This document shows positions 35,863 to 47,248 of a stretch of DNA of 64,000 bases, piece after piece (position 1 is the first letter of the stretch; every line of letters begins with the position of its first letter). The translations under genes were made by a program, and so were the position numbers. The stretch spans positions 1 to 64,000 of the forward strand of contig CAWFJJ010000001.1 in NCBI GenBank assembly GCA_963816185.1. The letters are read 5' to 3'. The notes beneath the pieces were generated by a model. It searched no databases and had not been told where the DNA came from. It saw nothing but the letters and a program-made list of their open reading frames with translations. This DNA is from Thermoanaerobaculia bacterium. GTDB lineage: Bacteria; Acidobacteriota; Thermoanaerobaculia; UBA5066.

Positions 35863-36741
35863 TCAGAACGACGGCTGGAAAGTCTTGATGACGTCCGCGA
35901 CGGTCGGCGCCGGTTTGCCGGCGAGCGCGGCGACCTTGACGGCGGCGAGGCGGTCGAGGAGGGTGGGCGCCGAAACTTCGTAGAGAAGGCCCGTCGTCAT
36001 GATCTCCGTCTCGCGCGTGTACGCGAGCGCCGCCGCGCGCGACGAGGCGTCGTGGTTCTCGGGGAGCTGCCTCTGCTTCGCCTTGAGGGTCTTGAACAGG
36101 TCGTCGCCGCGCCACGTGACGCAGGGAGACATGACGTTCAGGAACGCGAAGCCCCTGTGCGAAAGGGCTTTCACCATGAGCTCGACGGTACCCTTGACGT
36201 CGCCCGAGAAGGTGCGCCCGACCCACGTCGCCCCGAACGAAATCGCGAGCTCGCAGGGGTCGACCGCGGGCTCGGGGTTGCCGTAGTGCGTGGATTTCGT
36301 CTTGTCGCCGGCGGGGGTCGTGGGCGCGGCCTGCCCCTTCGTGAGGCCGTAGATCTCGTTGTCCATGAGGATGTAGGTGACGTCCAGGTTTCGCCTTGCG
36401 GCGTGCATGAAGTGGTTGCCGCCGATCGCGATGCCGTCGCCGTCTCCGCCCACCGCAATGACCCTGAGGTCCGGCCGCGCGACCTTGACTCCCGCGGCGA
36501 GCGGGATGGCGCGGCCGTGGAGGCTGTTCACGCCGAACGTGGCGACGTAGCCGGGAAGGCGCGACGAGCAGCCGATGCCCGACACGACGACGGTCTCCCA
36601 GGGCTTCACCTGCAGCTCGGTGAGCGCGCGGTAGAGGCCGGTCAGGACGCCGAAGTCGCCGCAGCCTGCGCACCAGACGGGCTTCAGCTCGGTCTTGTAG
36701 TCGGCGGGCTTGAACTCGGGGAGCGTGGCGGTTTCGCTCAT
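35863..36741 (-). CDS. korB: 2-oxoacid:ferredoxin oxidoreductase beta subunit
   Basis: WCAGCGDF, SGIGCSS, HGRAIP, GGDGDG..IGGNH, DNEIYGLTKGQ, SPCVT. Confidence 0.93.
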   Translation of the reverse strand: MSETATLPEFKPADYKTELKPVWCAGCGDFGVLTGLYRALTELQVKPWETVVVSGIGCSSRLPGYVATFGVNSLHGRAIPLAAGVKVARPDLRVIAVGGDGDGIAIGGNHFMHAARRNLDVTYILMDNEIYGLTKGQAAPTTPAGDKTKSTHYGNPEPAVDPCELAISFGATWVGRTFSGDVKGTVELMVKALSHRGFAFLNVMSPCVTWRGDDLFKTLKAKQRQLPENHDASSRAAALAYTRETEIMTTGLLYEVSAPTLLDRLAAVKVAALAGKPAPTVADVIKTFQPSF

Positions 36742-38510
36742 GCGGGCACCTTTTCCGAGACGTGTTCGGCCGCGAGGAGCGCGACGATCTCCGCATCCAC
36801 TTCGGCGACGGTCAGGTGCTTGCCGCCCGACCTCTTGAAGACGTGCGTGCGCTCGGCGGGCAGGTCGATGACCGTGCGGAGGTATTTGTAGAACTGCGCT
36901 GCGTACGAGAGCTCGACGACGAGGATGTTCTTGACGCCTTTCAGGAAAGCTTCGAGCTCCTTCTTCGGGAACGGATAGATCATCTGAGGCACGAAGGCGG
37001 CGACCTTCTGGCCACGCGCGTTCGCGCGCCGCACGGCCTCGCGCACGACCCCTTTCGAAGAGCCCCAGCACAGGATGCCGATGTCCGCGTTCTCCGGGCC
37101 GTAACGCCGGTGGAAAGTGTGGGCGTTCCGGATGGGGAGGAGCTTGCGGTAGCGCTTCTCGTTCATCTTCTCGTGAAGGAGAAACCCGGAGCCGGGGCTG
37201 CCCTCTTCGTCGTGCTCGAGGCCGTTCGTCTGGTAGATCCCGCCCTTGATGCCCGGGCGCGCGATGGGCGAGACGCCGTCTGCGGTCTCCCGGTAGCGGT
37301 GGTAGCCGGTCAGCTCCTCGGGGGACGGAAGGCGCCGCTCGCGCACGGCGTGGACGAGGGACGCCGGGTCGAAGGTCTCCCGCCGCTGCCCGACGAGCTG
37401 GTCGGAGAGCACGATGACGGGGATCTGATACTCCTCGGAGATGTTGAAGGCTTCGACGGTCGTGTGGAAGCAGTCTTCCACGTCCGAAGGGGCCAGTACG
37501 ACGCGCGGCGCGTCGCCGTGGCCGGCGAAGACCGCCTGGAAGAGATCCGACTGCTCGCTCTTCGTGGGAAGGCCGGTGGACGGGCCCCCGCGCTGAACGT
37601 TCACGATGACACAGGGGAGCTCGGCCATCGACGCGAGGCCGAGCATCTCGGTCATGAGCGAGAGCCCGGGGCCGGAGGTGGCCGTCATCGCCTTCTGCCC
37701 CGCGAAAGACGCGCCGAGGACGGCGCCGATCGCGGAGAGCTCGTCCTCCGTCTGTGAGAGCGAGCCGCCCATCTTCGGAAGCCACTCGTCGAGGAACATG
37801 AGGATTTCGGTGGAGGGGGTGATGGGGTAGCCCGCGAAGTAGCGACAGCCCGCGTGGAGGGCCCCGATCGCGGTCGCTTCGTTACCCGACATGATGACCT
37901 TGACAGGGCCCGGCGTGAAGTGGAGCTGGCGCTCCGGCATCGGCGGGAGCGTCTGGCCGAGGAGATAGCCGGCTTCGAACGCTTTCAGGGCGCCTTCGCC
38001 GACGGCCGCTTTCTTCCGCCCGAAGCGGGAGACGACCGCGCGGCGAAGCGTGGCCGCGGGCAGGCCGAAGAGGGCCGTGAGGACACCGAGTCCGACGAGA
38101 TTCTTCGATCCCTTCGCGCCGGAATCCGTGGACAGCTTTCCGAAAGGCAGCTTGATCCAGACCGCGTCCGCGCCGAGGCCGAGGTCCTCGGGAGTGCGGG
38201 CGACGGGATCGGCCTCGTCCGACAGGACGACGGCGTTCTTCACGGGCGTGCACTCGCCTTTGAAACGGCCGAAGTCGGCCCAGCTGAAGACCACGAGAAC
38301 GTCCGCGCCGTCGCCGGATTCGTAGATCGGATCCCCACTGAGGCGGACGACGCAGGAGGATTCGCCGCCTCGGATCTGCGGGCCGTAGGCCTCGGTCTTG
38401 AGAACGTTGAGCCCTTCGCGCGCGGCGGCCTGGGCCAGGACGTCGCCCATCGTGACGATTCCGTCGCCCCCGGCGCCGACCATGGCGATGGTGAGATCTC
38501 GTTTCGGCAT
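36738..38510 (-). CDS. korA: 2-oxoacid:ferredoxin oxidoreductase alpha subunit (gamma-alpha fusion)
   Basis: GAGGDG, QIRGGES, YPITPSTE, QTEDE, TSGPG, QRGGPSTGLPTKSEQSD. Confidence 0.93.
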   Translation of the reverse strand: MPKRDLTIAMVGAGGDGIVTMGDVLAQAAAREGLNVLKTEAYGPQIRGGESSCVVRLSGDPIYESGDGADVLVVFSWADFGRFKGECTPVKNAVVLSDEADPVARTPEDLGLGADAVWIKLPFGKLSTDSGAKGSKNLVGLGVLTALFGLPAATLRRAVVSRFGRKKAAVGEGALKAFEAGYLLGQTLPPMPERQLHFTPGPVKVIMSGNEATAIGALHAGCRYFAGYPITPSTEILMFLDEWLPKMGGSLSQTEDELSAIGAVLGASFAGQKAMTATSGPGLSLMTEMLGLASMAELPCVIVNVQRGGPSTGLPTKSEQSDLFQAVFAGHGDAPRVVLAPSDVEDCFHTTVEAFNISEEYQIPVIVLSDQLVGQRRETFDPASLVHAVRERRLPSPEELTGYHRYRETADGVSPIARPGIKGGIYQTNGLEHDEEGSPGSGFLLHEKMNEKRYRKLLPIRNAHTFHRRYGPENADIGILCWGSSKGVVREAVRRANARGQKVAAFVPQMIYPFPKKELEAFLKGVKNILVVELSYAAQFYKYLRTVIDLPAERTHVFKRSGGKHLTVAEVDAEIVALLAAEHVSEKVPA

Positions 38511-38637
38511 CGTTTGGCCTCGCCTTCTCCGAACGGATCGCAGACTCGCCGGAGGGTCCCTTCGGGTGCTCGCACAGAGTGCGTGCGGACGGGGGCCACC
38601 TCAATGGTGCAAACGGATCACCCGTCGCGACTGCGTC

Positions 38638-39417
38638 TCAGGCTGAAATCAGCCGGGCGAGGGAATACGCCGCTCCCGAGGCGAGAGCGCCTACGAGGAC
38701 GGTCCGGACGGCTTCCGCCGCGGGCGGCCGTCCGGTCAGGCGGCCTTTCACGCCGCCGAAGACCGCGAGCGCGGCCAGCGTGACGCCCACCGACACCGCG
38801 AGCGCGGATGTGACGGGGATCGCGAGGAGATAGGGGGCGAGCGGGATCGCTCCGCCTGCGACGTACGAGCCTCCGATCGTGAGCGCGGAGATGCGTGCGC
38901 GCTTCGGATCGGGCTCCATGAGGTTCAGCTCCTCGCGCATCATGAAATCCACCCAGCGCGTGTGATCCGCGCAGACGGCGTGGGTAGCCTTCTCCAGCGT
39001 GTCGCCTTCGAGGCCCCATCCCCGGAAGACCTTGCGGACCTCCTCTTCCTCCTCGCTCGGAACCTCGGCGACCTCCTCGCGCTCTCGCTTCCGCTCGCTG
39101 GTCCAGGTGTCCGCTTCGCTCCGGGCGGCCAGATAGCCGCCGAGGCCCATCGCGATCGCGCCGGCGGCCAGCTCGGCGACACCCGCGATCAGGATGACGC
39201 GTGCGTTCGCGACGGCGCCGGAGAGCCCCGCGGCGAGCGCGAAGGGAACCGTGAGGCCGTCGGACATTCCGAGGACGACGTCGCGCACGATCTCGGACCC
39301 CGAGAAGTGCGCCTCCACGTGGTGGTGGCGGGGGCGTGGGCGCGACGTGCCCTTCGCGTGTGGCGGCGCGGCGGGCGTGTGCGGGCGGGGTCTCTTCTCC
39401 GGCTTCTCCGCCGTCAC
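38638..39417 (-). CDS. VIT1/CCC1 family Fe/Mn transporter
   Basis: RDVVLGMSDGLTVPFALAAGLSG, GAIAMGLGGYLA, FMMREEL; His-rich N-terminus; GTGA overlap with SDR. Confidence 0.92.
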   Translation of the reverse strand: MTAEKPEKRPRPHTPAAPPHAKGTSRPRPRHHHVEAHFSGSEIVRDVVLGMSDGLTVPFALAAGLSGAVANARVILIAGVAELAAGAIAMGLGGYLAARSEADTWTSERKREREEVAEVPSEEEEEVRKVFRGWGLEGDTLEKATHAVCADHTRWVDFMMREELNLMEPDPKRARISALTIGGSYVAGGAIPLAPYLLAIPVTSALAVSVGVTLAALAVFGGVKGRLTGRPPAAEAVRTVLVGALASGAAYSLARLISA

Positions 39418-40124
39418 GGGTTCGTCTGCCAGATCTCGAGGCTCTTCGTGAGGGCGCGATCGTTCGTCGCGACGAGAGCGACGACGGCCTTCGCCACGTC
39501 TTCCGGCTGGATCGCGCGTGTGGGCTCGAAGGGGAGTCCGGACTTCTTCACGAGATCGGTGCCCACGGTCGACGGAAAGACGCACGTGACGCGCACGTCC
39601 GAGGTCCGCGCCTCGTACAGGAGGACCTCGGAAAGCCCGGCGAGGCCGAACTTCGACGCGCAATACGCGCCGCCGCCCGGAAACCCGCGGCGGCCCGCGG
39701 TCGAAGCGATGTTCACGATGTGCCCGCGCTTTCTCGACTTCATCCCGGGCAGGACGGAGCGCGACATGAGGAACGGCCCGCGCAGGTTGACGGCGAGGAC
39801 GCGGTCGAAGACCGCCGCGTCCATCTTCTCGACGGGGGCGGCCGCGTAGATCCCGGCGTTGTTCACGAGGACGTCCACGGGCCCGAGCTGCTGCTCGACG
39901 GCCGACACGGCTCGCGAGACGGCTCCTTCGTCCGAGACGTCCGCCGTGACGACGAACGTCGTGGCGCGCGAGTCCTTCAGCTCCTTCTGGACCTCGAGGA
40001 GGTTCTTCTTCGTCTTCCCGAGAAGCGCGACCTTCGCTCCGGCTCCCGCGAAGGCATGCGCCAGCGCGCGGCCGATGCCGCGTCCGGCGCCCGTGACGAG
40101 AACGACCCGGCCCTCGAGCTCCAT
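39414..40124 (-). CDS. Short-chain dehydrogenase/reductase
   Basis: VTGAGRGIG, VNNAG, NIAS, YCASK. Confidence 0.93.
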   Translation of the reverse strand: MELEGRVVLVTGAGRGIGRALAHAFAGAGAKVALLGKTKKNLLEVQKELKDSRATTFVVTADVSDEGAVSRAVSAVEQQLGPVDVLVNNAGIYAAAPVEKMDAAVFDRVLAVNLRGPFLMSRSVLPGMKSRKRGHIVNIASTAGRRGFPGGGAYCASKFGLAGLSEVLLYEARTSDVRVTCVFPSTVGTDLVKKSGLPFEPTRAIQPEDVAKAVVALVATNDRALTKSLEIWQTNP

Positions 40125-40191
40125 CTTTGCGTCTCCGGACGGGATTCTAGAGCCGCTCGCGGGTCCGGGTGGTACCTTGGAGGCCGCCCCG

Positions 40192-41273
<1,082 letters not shown>

Positions 41274-41274
<1 letters not shown>

Positions 41275-42665
41275 TGGAGCTCCGGCGGGTCCTCGGCTTT
41301 CGGGACCTCGTCTTTTTCTACACGCTGACGTGCTTCAGCCTCCGGTGGATCGCGACGGCCGCCGAAGCCGGGCCGTCCTCGCTCGTCGTGTGGGTCCTCG
41401 CCGCCCTCGGGCTCTTCGTCCCGCTCGTGGCGTCGGTCCTCGAGCTCTCCTCGCGCCATCCGGAAGAGGGCGGGCTCTACGTGTGGACGCGCCGAGCCTT
41501 CGGAGACTTCCCGGGCTTCATCGCGGGATTCCTCTACTGGGCGAGCAACCTGCCGTTCTTCCCGGCTCTCCTTTACTTCACGGCCGCAAACGCGCTCTTC
41601 CTCGGAGGCGCGAAGGGCGCCGCGCTCCAGGAAAGCCGCGGCTTCTTCCTGGCGTTCTCCCTTCTCGGGGTGATCCTCGCGACCGCCGTGAACGTGCGCG
41701 GCCTGAAGTACGGCACGTGGCTGCACAACGCCGCCGCCGTCGCCACGTGGATTCCGGCGATCCTCCTCGTCGTCTGCGGCGCCGTGTCGTTCGCGCGCTT
41801 CGGCCCGGCGACGTCCTTCGCGGCGTCGCAGCTCATTCCCTCGATGGGACTCAAGAACGCCCTCTTCTTCTCCACGATCGCGTTCGCGTTCGGGGGAATC
41901 GAAACGGCCTCGTTCCTCGGCGACGAGATCCGGGATCCGCGGCGAAATCTGCCGCGCGCGCTTCTCGTGGTCGGCGCGCTCATCACGGCGACTTATCTCG
42001 CGGCGACGGCGAGCCTTCTCGTGGCCCTGCCCGCGAGCGAGGCGAGCGGCCTGACGGGCATCACGAAGGCGATCGCCGCGGCCTCGGCGAAAGCGGGGCT
42101 GCCCGCGATGGGGTCTCTGGCCGCCCTTCTCATCACGCTCTCGGGAGTCGGCGTGACGGGCGCCTGGCTGGCGACGTCGTCTCGCCTGCCGTTCGTCGGC
42201 GGTCTCGACCGCTTCCTGCCGCCCGTGTTCGGGAAGATCCATCCGAAGTGGGGCACGCCGGCCGTCGCCATCCTCGTCCAGTCGGCGCTTTCGGCGGTCT
42301 TCGTGCTCCTCAGCCAGGCGGGGACGGGCGTGAAGGGCGCCTACGACGCCCTCGTCGCCATGAGCGTGATCGCGTACTTCGTGCCGTTCCTCTTTCTCTT
42401 CGCGTCCACGATCCGGCTCTCGAAGGCGCCGCTTCCCGAGGGTGCGATCCGCATCCCGGGAGGCCGGCCCGTCTCCGTCGCCCTCGCAGTCCTCGGCTTT
42501 CTCACGACGGCCGTCTCCCTCCTCCTCGCCTTCGTGCCGCCCGGCGACGAGCCGGACAAGGTCTTCGCGGCGGCGAAGATCGTCCTCCTGACGCTCCTTC
42601 TCGTTGCGGGGGGCGCGGCGCTCTACGCCTCCTCGGCCCGGCGGCGGAGGATGCTTCGCGCGTAG
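41274..42665 (+). CDS. APC family amino acid/polyamine permease
   Basis: ELRRVLG, ELSSRHPEEGGLYVW, FAFGGIE, PRRNLPRA, HPKWGTP; TGATG coupling. Confidence 0.92.
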
Positions 42666-42706
42666 ACGCCGACGCACCTCAGGCCGCCTGCTACTCTTCT
42701 GCGCCC

Positions 42707-44185
42707 ATGTCCGCCTCGGTCGCGCCCCGCTTCGACCCCGCGCGACGACGGGCGGTGACGATCGCGCTGCTTCTCGTCACGGCGCTCGCGTCTTTCGAGT
42801 CGACGATCGTCTCGACCGCGATGCCCACGATCATCGGCGAGCTCCATGGCCTGCCCCTCTATTCCTGGGTCTTCTCGATCTACCTCCTCGCCTCGACCGT
42901 CACGATGCCGATTTACGGGCGGCTCGCGGACGTATACGGGAGGCGGCGCATCCTGATGACGGCTACGGCCATCTTCCTCACCGGCGCCGTCACGTGCGCG
43001 CTGGCACGTTCGATGCCGCAGCTCATCGTGGCGCGCGGCCTTCAGGGTCTCGGGGCCGGCGGCCTCATGCCGATCGCGCTCACCGTTTCCGGCGATCTGT
43101 ACTCCCTCGAAGAGAGGGCGCGGGTGCAGGCCTTCTTCAGCGGAGTCTGGGGATTCGCGAGCCTCGTGGGCCCGCTCCTGGGGGCGTTCCTGACGATCAC
43201 GTTCGGGTGGCGTTCCATCTTCACGATCAACGTGCCGCTCGGCATCATCGCGTTCGTCCTCGTCGCGACGAAGATGATCGAGTCGCGCAAGCCTGGCTCC
43301 GACCCGGTGGACGTCGCCGGCGCCGTGACGCTGGCGCTCGGCATCACCGCGCTCCTCTTCGCGGTTCTCCAGCGAGCCGGAGCCGGAACCCTCGGAGCCG
43401 GCAGGCGACTCGCCGTCGGAGGCTCGGGGCTCGTGCTCCTCGCCGCTTTTGCCCGCCTTCAAGCGAGGCGGGAGCATCCGCTCGTGCCTCCCGATCTCTT
43501 CCGCCGCGCGCGGACGGCGGCTCCGTACGTGGGAGGCGTTCTCCTGGGCACGACGATCTACGGCGTCGACACGTTCGTCCCCCTCTTCGTTCAGGGAGCT
43601 CGTGGCGGAACCGCGGGAGCGGCCGGAGCCGTCATCACGCCGCTCGTCCTCTTCTGGTCGCTTTCCGCGGCAGCCGCCGCGCGCGTCATCGTCCGGTTCG
43701 GCTTCCGGAGAACAGCCCGGGCGGGGGCGGTCCTGATCCTCGCAGGCTTCATCGGCCTGCTCATCGCCGTGCGGCTCGACGCGCCCGTCTTCGCGATCAG
43801 CGCCGCGTGCGGCCTGATCGGCGCCGGCCTCGGGCCGTCGTCGCTCGCGCAGGTGCTCGCGATCCAGAACGTCGTGGACGAGAGCCGCCGGGGCGTCGCA
43901 ACGAGCCTCGTGCCGTTCTTTCGCACCGTCGGGGGCTCGCTGGGCGTGGGTGCTCTCGGAGGCATCCTCGCCTCGGGTCTGACGAGGCGGATGGGAGCCG
44001 CCGCCGATTCGGCCGGAGCGGCCCTCGCGGAAGGGCGCGTGCCGCGGGAGCTTCGCCTCGCGCTCGAGCAGTCGCTCCTGCCCGTCTTCGCCGTGCTGCT
44101 CGTCCTCGCGAGCGTGAATCTCGTCGTGACGTCGCGGTTTCCCGACCTCGTGGTGGCGCCGCGTACGACAGCGAAGCGCGCGTAA
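42707..44185 (+). CDS. MFS transporter (DHA2/EmrB-like)
   Basis: TIVSTAMPTI, YGRLADVYGRR motif A, RGLQGLGAG, GPLLG, GWRSIF.IN.P.G. Confidence 0.92.
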   Translation: MSASVAPRFDPARRRAVTIALLLVTALASFESTIVSTAMPTIIGELHGLPLYSWVFSIYLLASTVTMPIYGRLADVYGRRRILMTATAIFLTGAVTCALARSMPQLIVARGLQGLGAGGLMPIALTVSGDLYSLEERARVQAFFSGVWGFASLVGPLLGAFLTITFGWRSIFTINVPLGIIAFVLVATKMIESRKPGSDPVDVAGAVTLALGITALLFAVLQRAGAGTLGAGRRLAVGGSGLVLLAAFARLQARREHPLVPPDLFRRARTAAPYVGGVLLGTTIYGVDTFVPLFVQGARGGTAGAAGAVITPLVLFWSLSAAAAARVIVRFGFRRTARAGAVLILAGFIGLLIAVRLDAPVFAISAACGLIGAGLGPSSLAQVLAIQNVVDESRRGVATSLVPFFRTVGGSLGVGALGGILASGLTRRMGAAADSAGAALAEGRVPRELRLALEQSLLPVFAVLLVLASVNLVVTSRFPDLVVAPRTTAKRA

Positions 44186-44243
44186 GGGCGCCGAGAAGAG
44201 TGCGTTTGCGCGCGACGCCCGGTTCGCGAGACGATGGTCGATC

Positions 44244-45969
44244 ATGCGCCTGAAGCTCGGACTCTTGCTGGTCGCGCTCGGTACCGGCCTACCCGCGTGT
44301 CCGGAAACGGCCCCTCTTCTCGTCGACGGCCTGCGCGCGGACCTCTCCTCCGCCGCCGAGTTCGCCCTCGGAGACGCTCCGGACGGCGTCGCGGGTCTCG
44401 ACCGCCTCGAATGGCGCCCCATCCGCGTCCCCGGGTCGTGGCAAGAAGCCGGCATCCCGGAGCACGGGTATGCGTGGTACCGGTTCCGATTCACTCTGTC
44501 GGCCGCGGCTGCCGTACATCCGCTTGCGTTCACGTGCTCGCAGATCCGTGACGTGGACGAGACCTTCCTCGACGGCGTCCGCGTCGGGGGGACGGGCGCG
44601 TTCCCGCCCCGGTACGACAAGGGCACGCTTCAGGCGCGCCTGTACGAGCTTCCGGCGTCGCTCACGAGCGCCCCAGGCCCGCACGTTCTCGCCGTGCGCG
44701 TCTTCAACGCGGGTCCGCGGCCCGGAGGCCTCACGGCCGCGCCTTTTCTCGACACCGTGTCGGGCGCGTTCTGGGACCGGACGATGTTCGAATCGCCGCT
44801 CGCCCTCGTGGCCGCGGCGATCTTCTCGCTGGGCGTCTTCGCGCTTTTCGTATTCCTTCGCGACCGGCGGCAGCGCGAGTTCCTGCTCTTTTTCCTTCTG
44901 ACCGCCGGCGTGGCGGCGTACGTCGCCTCCTGGTTGTCGCTCTGGTCGCGTTTCGGCGTGTCCCTGTCGTTCATCTTCCGGGCGAACTTCGCCCTCGCCT
45001 TCTCTCTCGGCCCTGCTCACGCTGTTCTTTCACTACTTCTTCGTCCTTGCGGTCCCGCGGTGGATGCGCGTCGTTCTCGCGATCCAGCTCGCCGGCTTCC
45101 TCGTGACCTGCGCGTTGCCTCGGGTCGACGACCTCTACTTCATCCTGCCGGTTTGTTATGCAACGGTGATCGTGAGCGGCTTCCACGTCGTGCACGTGCT
45201 CGTGCGCAAGCTGCGCCGGCGCGCTCCGCACGCTCTCACGATCCTCGTGGGCTTCGGGCTGATTTTTCTCGCGACGCTCCGCGACATGGCGCAGGACCTC
45301 GGGCTGATCCCCTGGGGCGTGAGGACGCGTTACGTGGGCCTCGCCTTCCTCGTCTTCGCAGTCCTGTTCCTGTCGGTCGTCGCGGACCGCATGGCGCGCC
45401 TCCGGGTGGCCGCGTCGACGGACCCGTTGACCGGCCTTCCGAATCGCGCGGGCCTCTTCGAGCGCATCCGGATGGAGCTCGCGAGAAGCCAGCGCTCGAA
45501 TCTCTCGCTCGCGCTCGCCGTCCTCGACCTCGATCGCTTCAAGGAGTTCAACGACCGCTTCGGACACCTGGCCGGGGACCGGCTTCTCATCGCGGCGGGC
45601 GAGCGCCTCGCGGAGTCGGTGCGCACGACCGATCTCGCCGTGCGCTTCGGGGGAGAGGAGTTCGTCCTTCTCCTGCCCGAAATCTCCGCCGAGGAGGCCA
45701 TGCGCTGCTGCGAACGGATCCGCGAGGCCGTGCGCGGCATCCGTGTGTTCGGCGCCGAGACCGGTACGACGATCTCCATCGGAGTCGCCGTCCACGAGCC
45801 GAAAGGCGGCTCGCCGCCCACCGAGGCCTCTCTTCTGCGCGTGGCCGACGCCGCGCTCTACCGGGCAAAGGCCCTGGGGCGTGACCGCGTCTTCCTGGCG
45901 GAGGGTCCGGTGCCCCGCGAGACCTCGCGGACCGCGAGCGGCGATTCCGTGCGGAGTGAAGCCATCTGA
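44244..45969 (+). CDS. Diguanylate cyclase with periplasmic sugar-binding-like domain and multi-TM region (apparent +1 frameshift near 45009)
   Basis: N-part IRVPGSW..GYAWYR..HVLAVRV; removing one G at ~45009 joins AFSL-ALLTLFFHYFF to the 45064 frame; DPLTGLPNR, DLDRFKEFND.FGH..GD, RTTD I-site, RFGGEEF. Confidence 0.85.
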
Positions 45970-45994
45970 CCCTTCACGGATCTACAATTCCGCC

Positions 45995-46613
45995 ATGAGG
46001 GTCACGATCCTCGCCCTCGTCTCGTTCGCGGCGGCAGCGGCCGGATCGGCCGCCGCGCAGCAGCCGACGCTCGTTCCGGAAGCGAGGCCGACACCCGCCG
46101 AGGAGCACGTCGTGGCGCCGTCCCTTCCCGATCAGCCGAACAAGGAAGGCGTCGTCCGTCCCAGCGGCTCGATGCCGACCGACTCGGAGGGCTACGTGCG
46201 AACGAATCGGGGTGCGATCGACCCGACCACCAAGTCGCCGGCTCCGGGTTCCGCCCAGGGCGCCGTGCCGGGCCCGGGACTGGCCGGCACCACCCCGGTC
46301 CCGACAGCGTCGCTTGCCCCCCAGCGGAAGCCGACCGTGAAGGCCGCGTACCTGTCGGTGCGCGGCACGGTGAAAGCGTACAAGAAGGGCGTCTCGATCA
46401 CGGTCGTCGAGGCCAACCGGCGCGAGCGCACCGTGAAGATCGCGGGGAACGCGTCGGTTTACGAAGGCCTCGCCGTGGGCGACAAGGTCGTCGTGAGGAT
46501 CCCGCTCGGGAAGCCGGCGGACGGAAAGACCCTGGACCACGATCGAGAGGCAAAGACCGCTCAGGGCGCCGCCGAAGTCGAAGTTCAGCAAAGCGCAATC
46601 GCCGGCGAGCTGA
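45995..46613 (+). CDS. Exported Pro-rich protein with C-terminal OB-fold-like domain (apparent +1 frameshift near 46537)
   Basis: Signal peptide ending AAAQQPT; GTVKAYKKGVSITV..GLAVGDKVVV; the shifted frame gives TIERQRP..QSPAS-TGA at 46611-46613, just before the next gene. Confidence 0.6.
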
Positions 46614-46629
46614 GGAGCCGCATACCGGG

Positions 46630-47211
46630 ATGCCACGGTTTCTCGTCCCTTCGCTCCCTCTTCTGGCTGTCCTCGCGGGGCCTCTCGCCGCGCAGCAGCC
46701 CACCCCGACGCCTGCAAATGCGGTCGATCCGGCCGACCAGTCCGCCGTGGCTCCCGCGCTCCCCGTGCGCGCGAACGAGCCGAATCCCGAGGTGGTCCTC
46801 GGCGCTCCCCCCGCCGCGACTCCCGCGGTGGCGCCGTCGCCGTCTCCGCCAGAGCCGGTCCCCGCTTCCGTCAAACAACAGGAGGCGCCCACGGTCTCCT
46901 CGCCGCCGATCTCCGTGTCCCCTGCGGCCGGCAGCCCGCACGCGAAAGCGGGTGTGATTTCCGCGAAGCCGGTCGCCGTCTCGCACGGGGCGGCCTCTAC
47001 GGTCACGAGCTATCGGAAAGGCAAGTCCCTGACCGTGAAGACGCCGGCCGGATCGCTCGTTCAGTACCGCCTCGGGAAGCACACGATCCTGCCGGACGGT
47101 CTCGCTCCCGGCCGCCAGGTCCTCGTCGAGACGAGAATCATCAAGAAGCGTCGCGTCGCGACGAAAGTTTCGTACGCCGAGGGCCGCGTCGTCCTCACGA
47201 ACGTGAACTGA
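46630..47211 (+). CDS. Exported Pro-rich protein, paralog of the upstream gene
   Basis: Signal peptide ending AAQQPT; STVTSYRKGKSLTV..DGLAPGRQVLV. Confidence 0.7.
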   Translation: MPRFLVPSLPLLAVLAGPLAAQQPTPTPANAVDPADQSAVAPALPVRANEPNPEVVLGAPPAATPAVAPSPSPPEPVPASVKQQEAPTVSSPPISVSPAAGSPHAKAGVISAKPVAVSHGAASTVTSYRKGKSLTVKTPAGSLVQYRLGKHTILPDGLAPGRQVLVETRIIKKRRVATKVSYAEGRVVLTNVN

Positions 47212-47248
47212 GAGCCGTCGCGCTTACGCGCCGTGACGTAACCGCCGC

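Noticed and set aside
38511-38637. CRP/FNR-like site upstream of korA (GTGATCCGTTTGCAC on minus strand)
   Set aside because: Too degenerate to support without comparative data.
30173-39417. Magnetosome island (MamK-like actin with a VIT1 iron transporter about 6 kb away)
   Set aside because: No mamA/B/E/I/M/O/P/Q or feoAB-like genes are recognisable. VIT1 is in a separate SDR-linked unit on the other strand.
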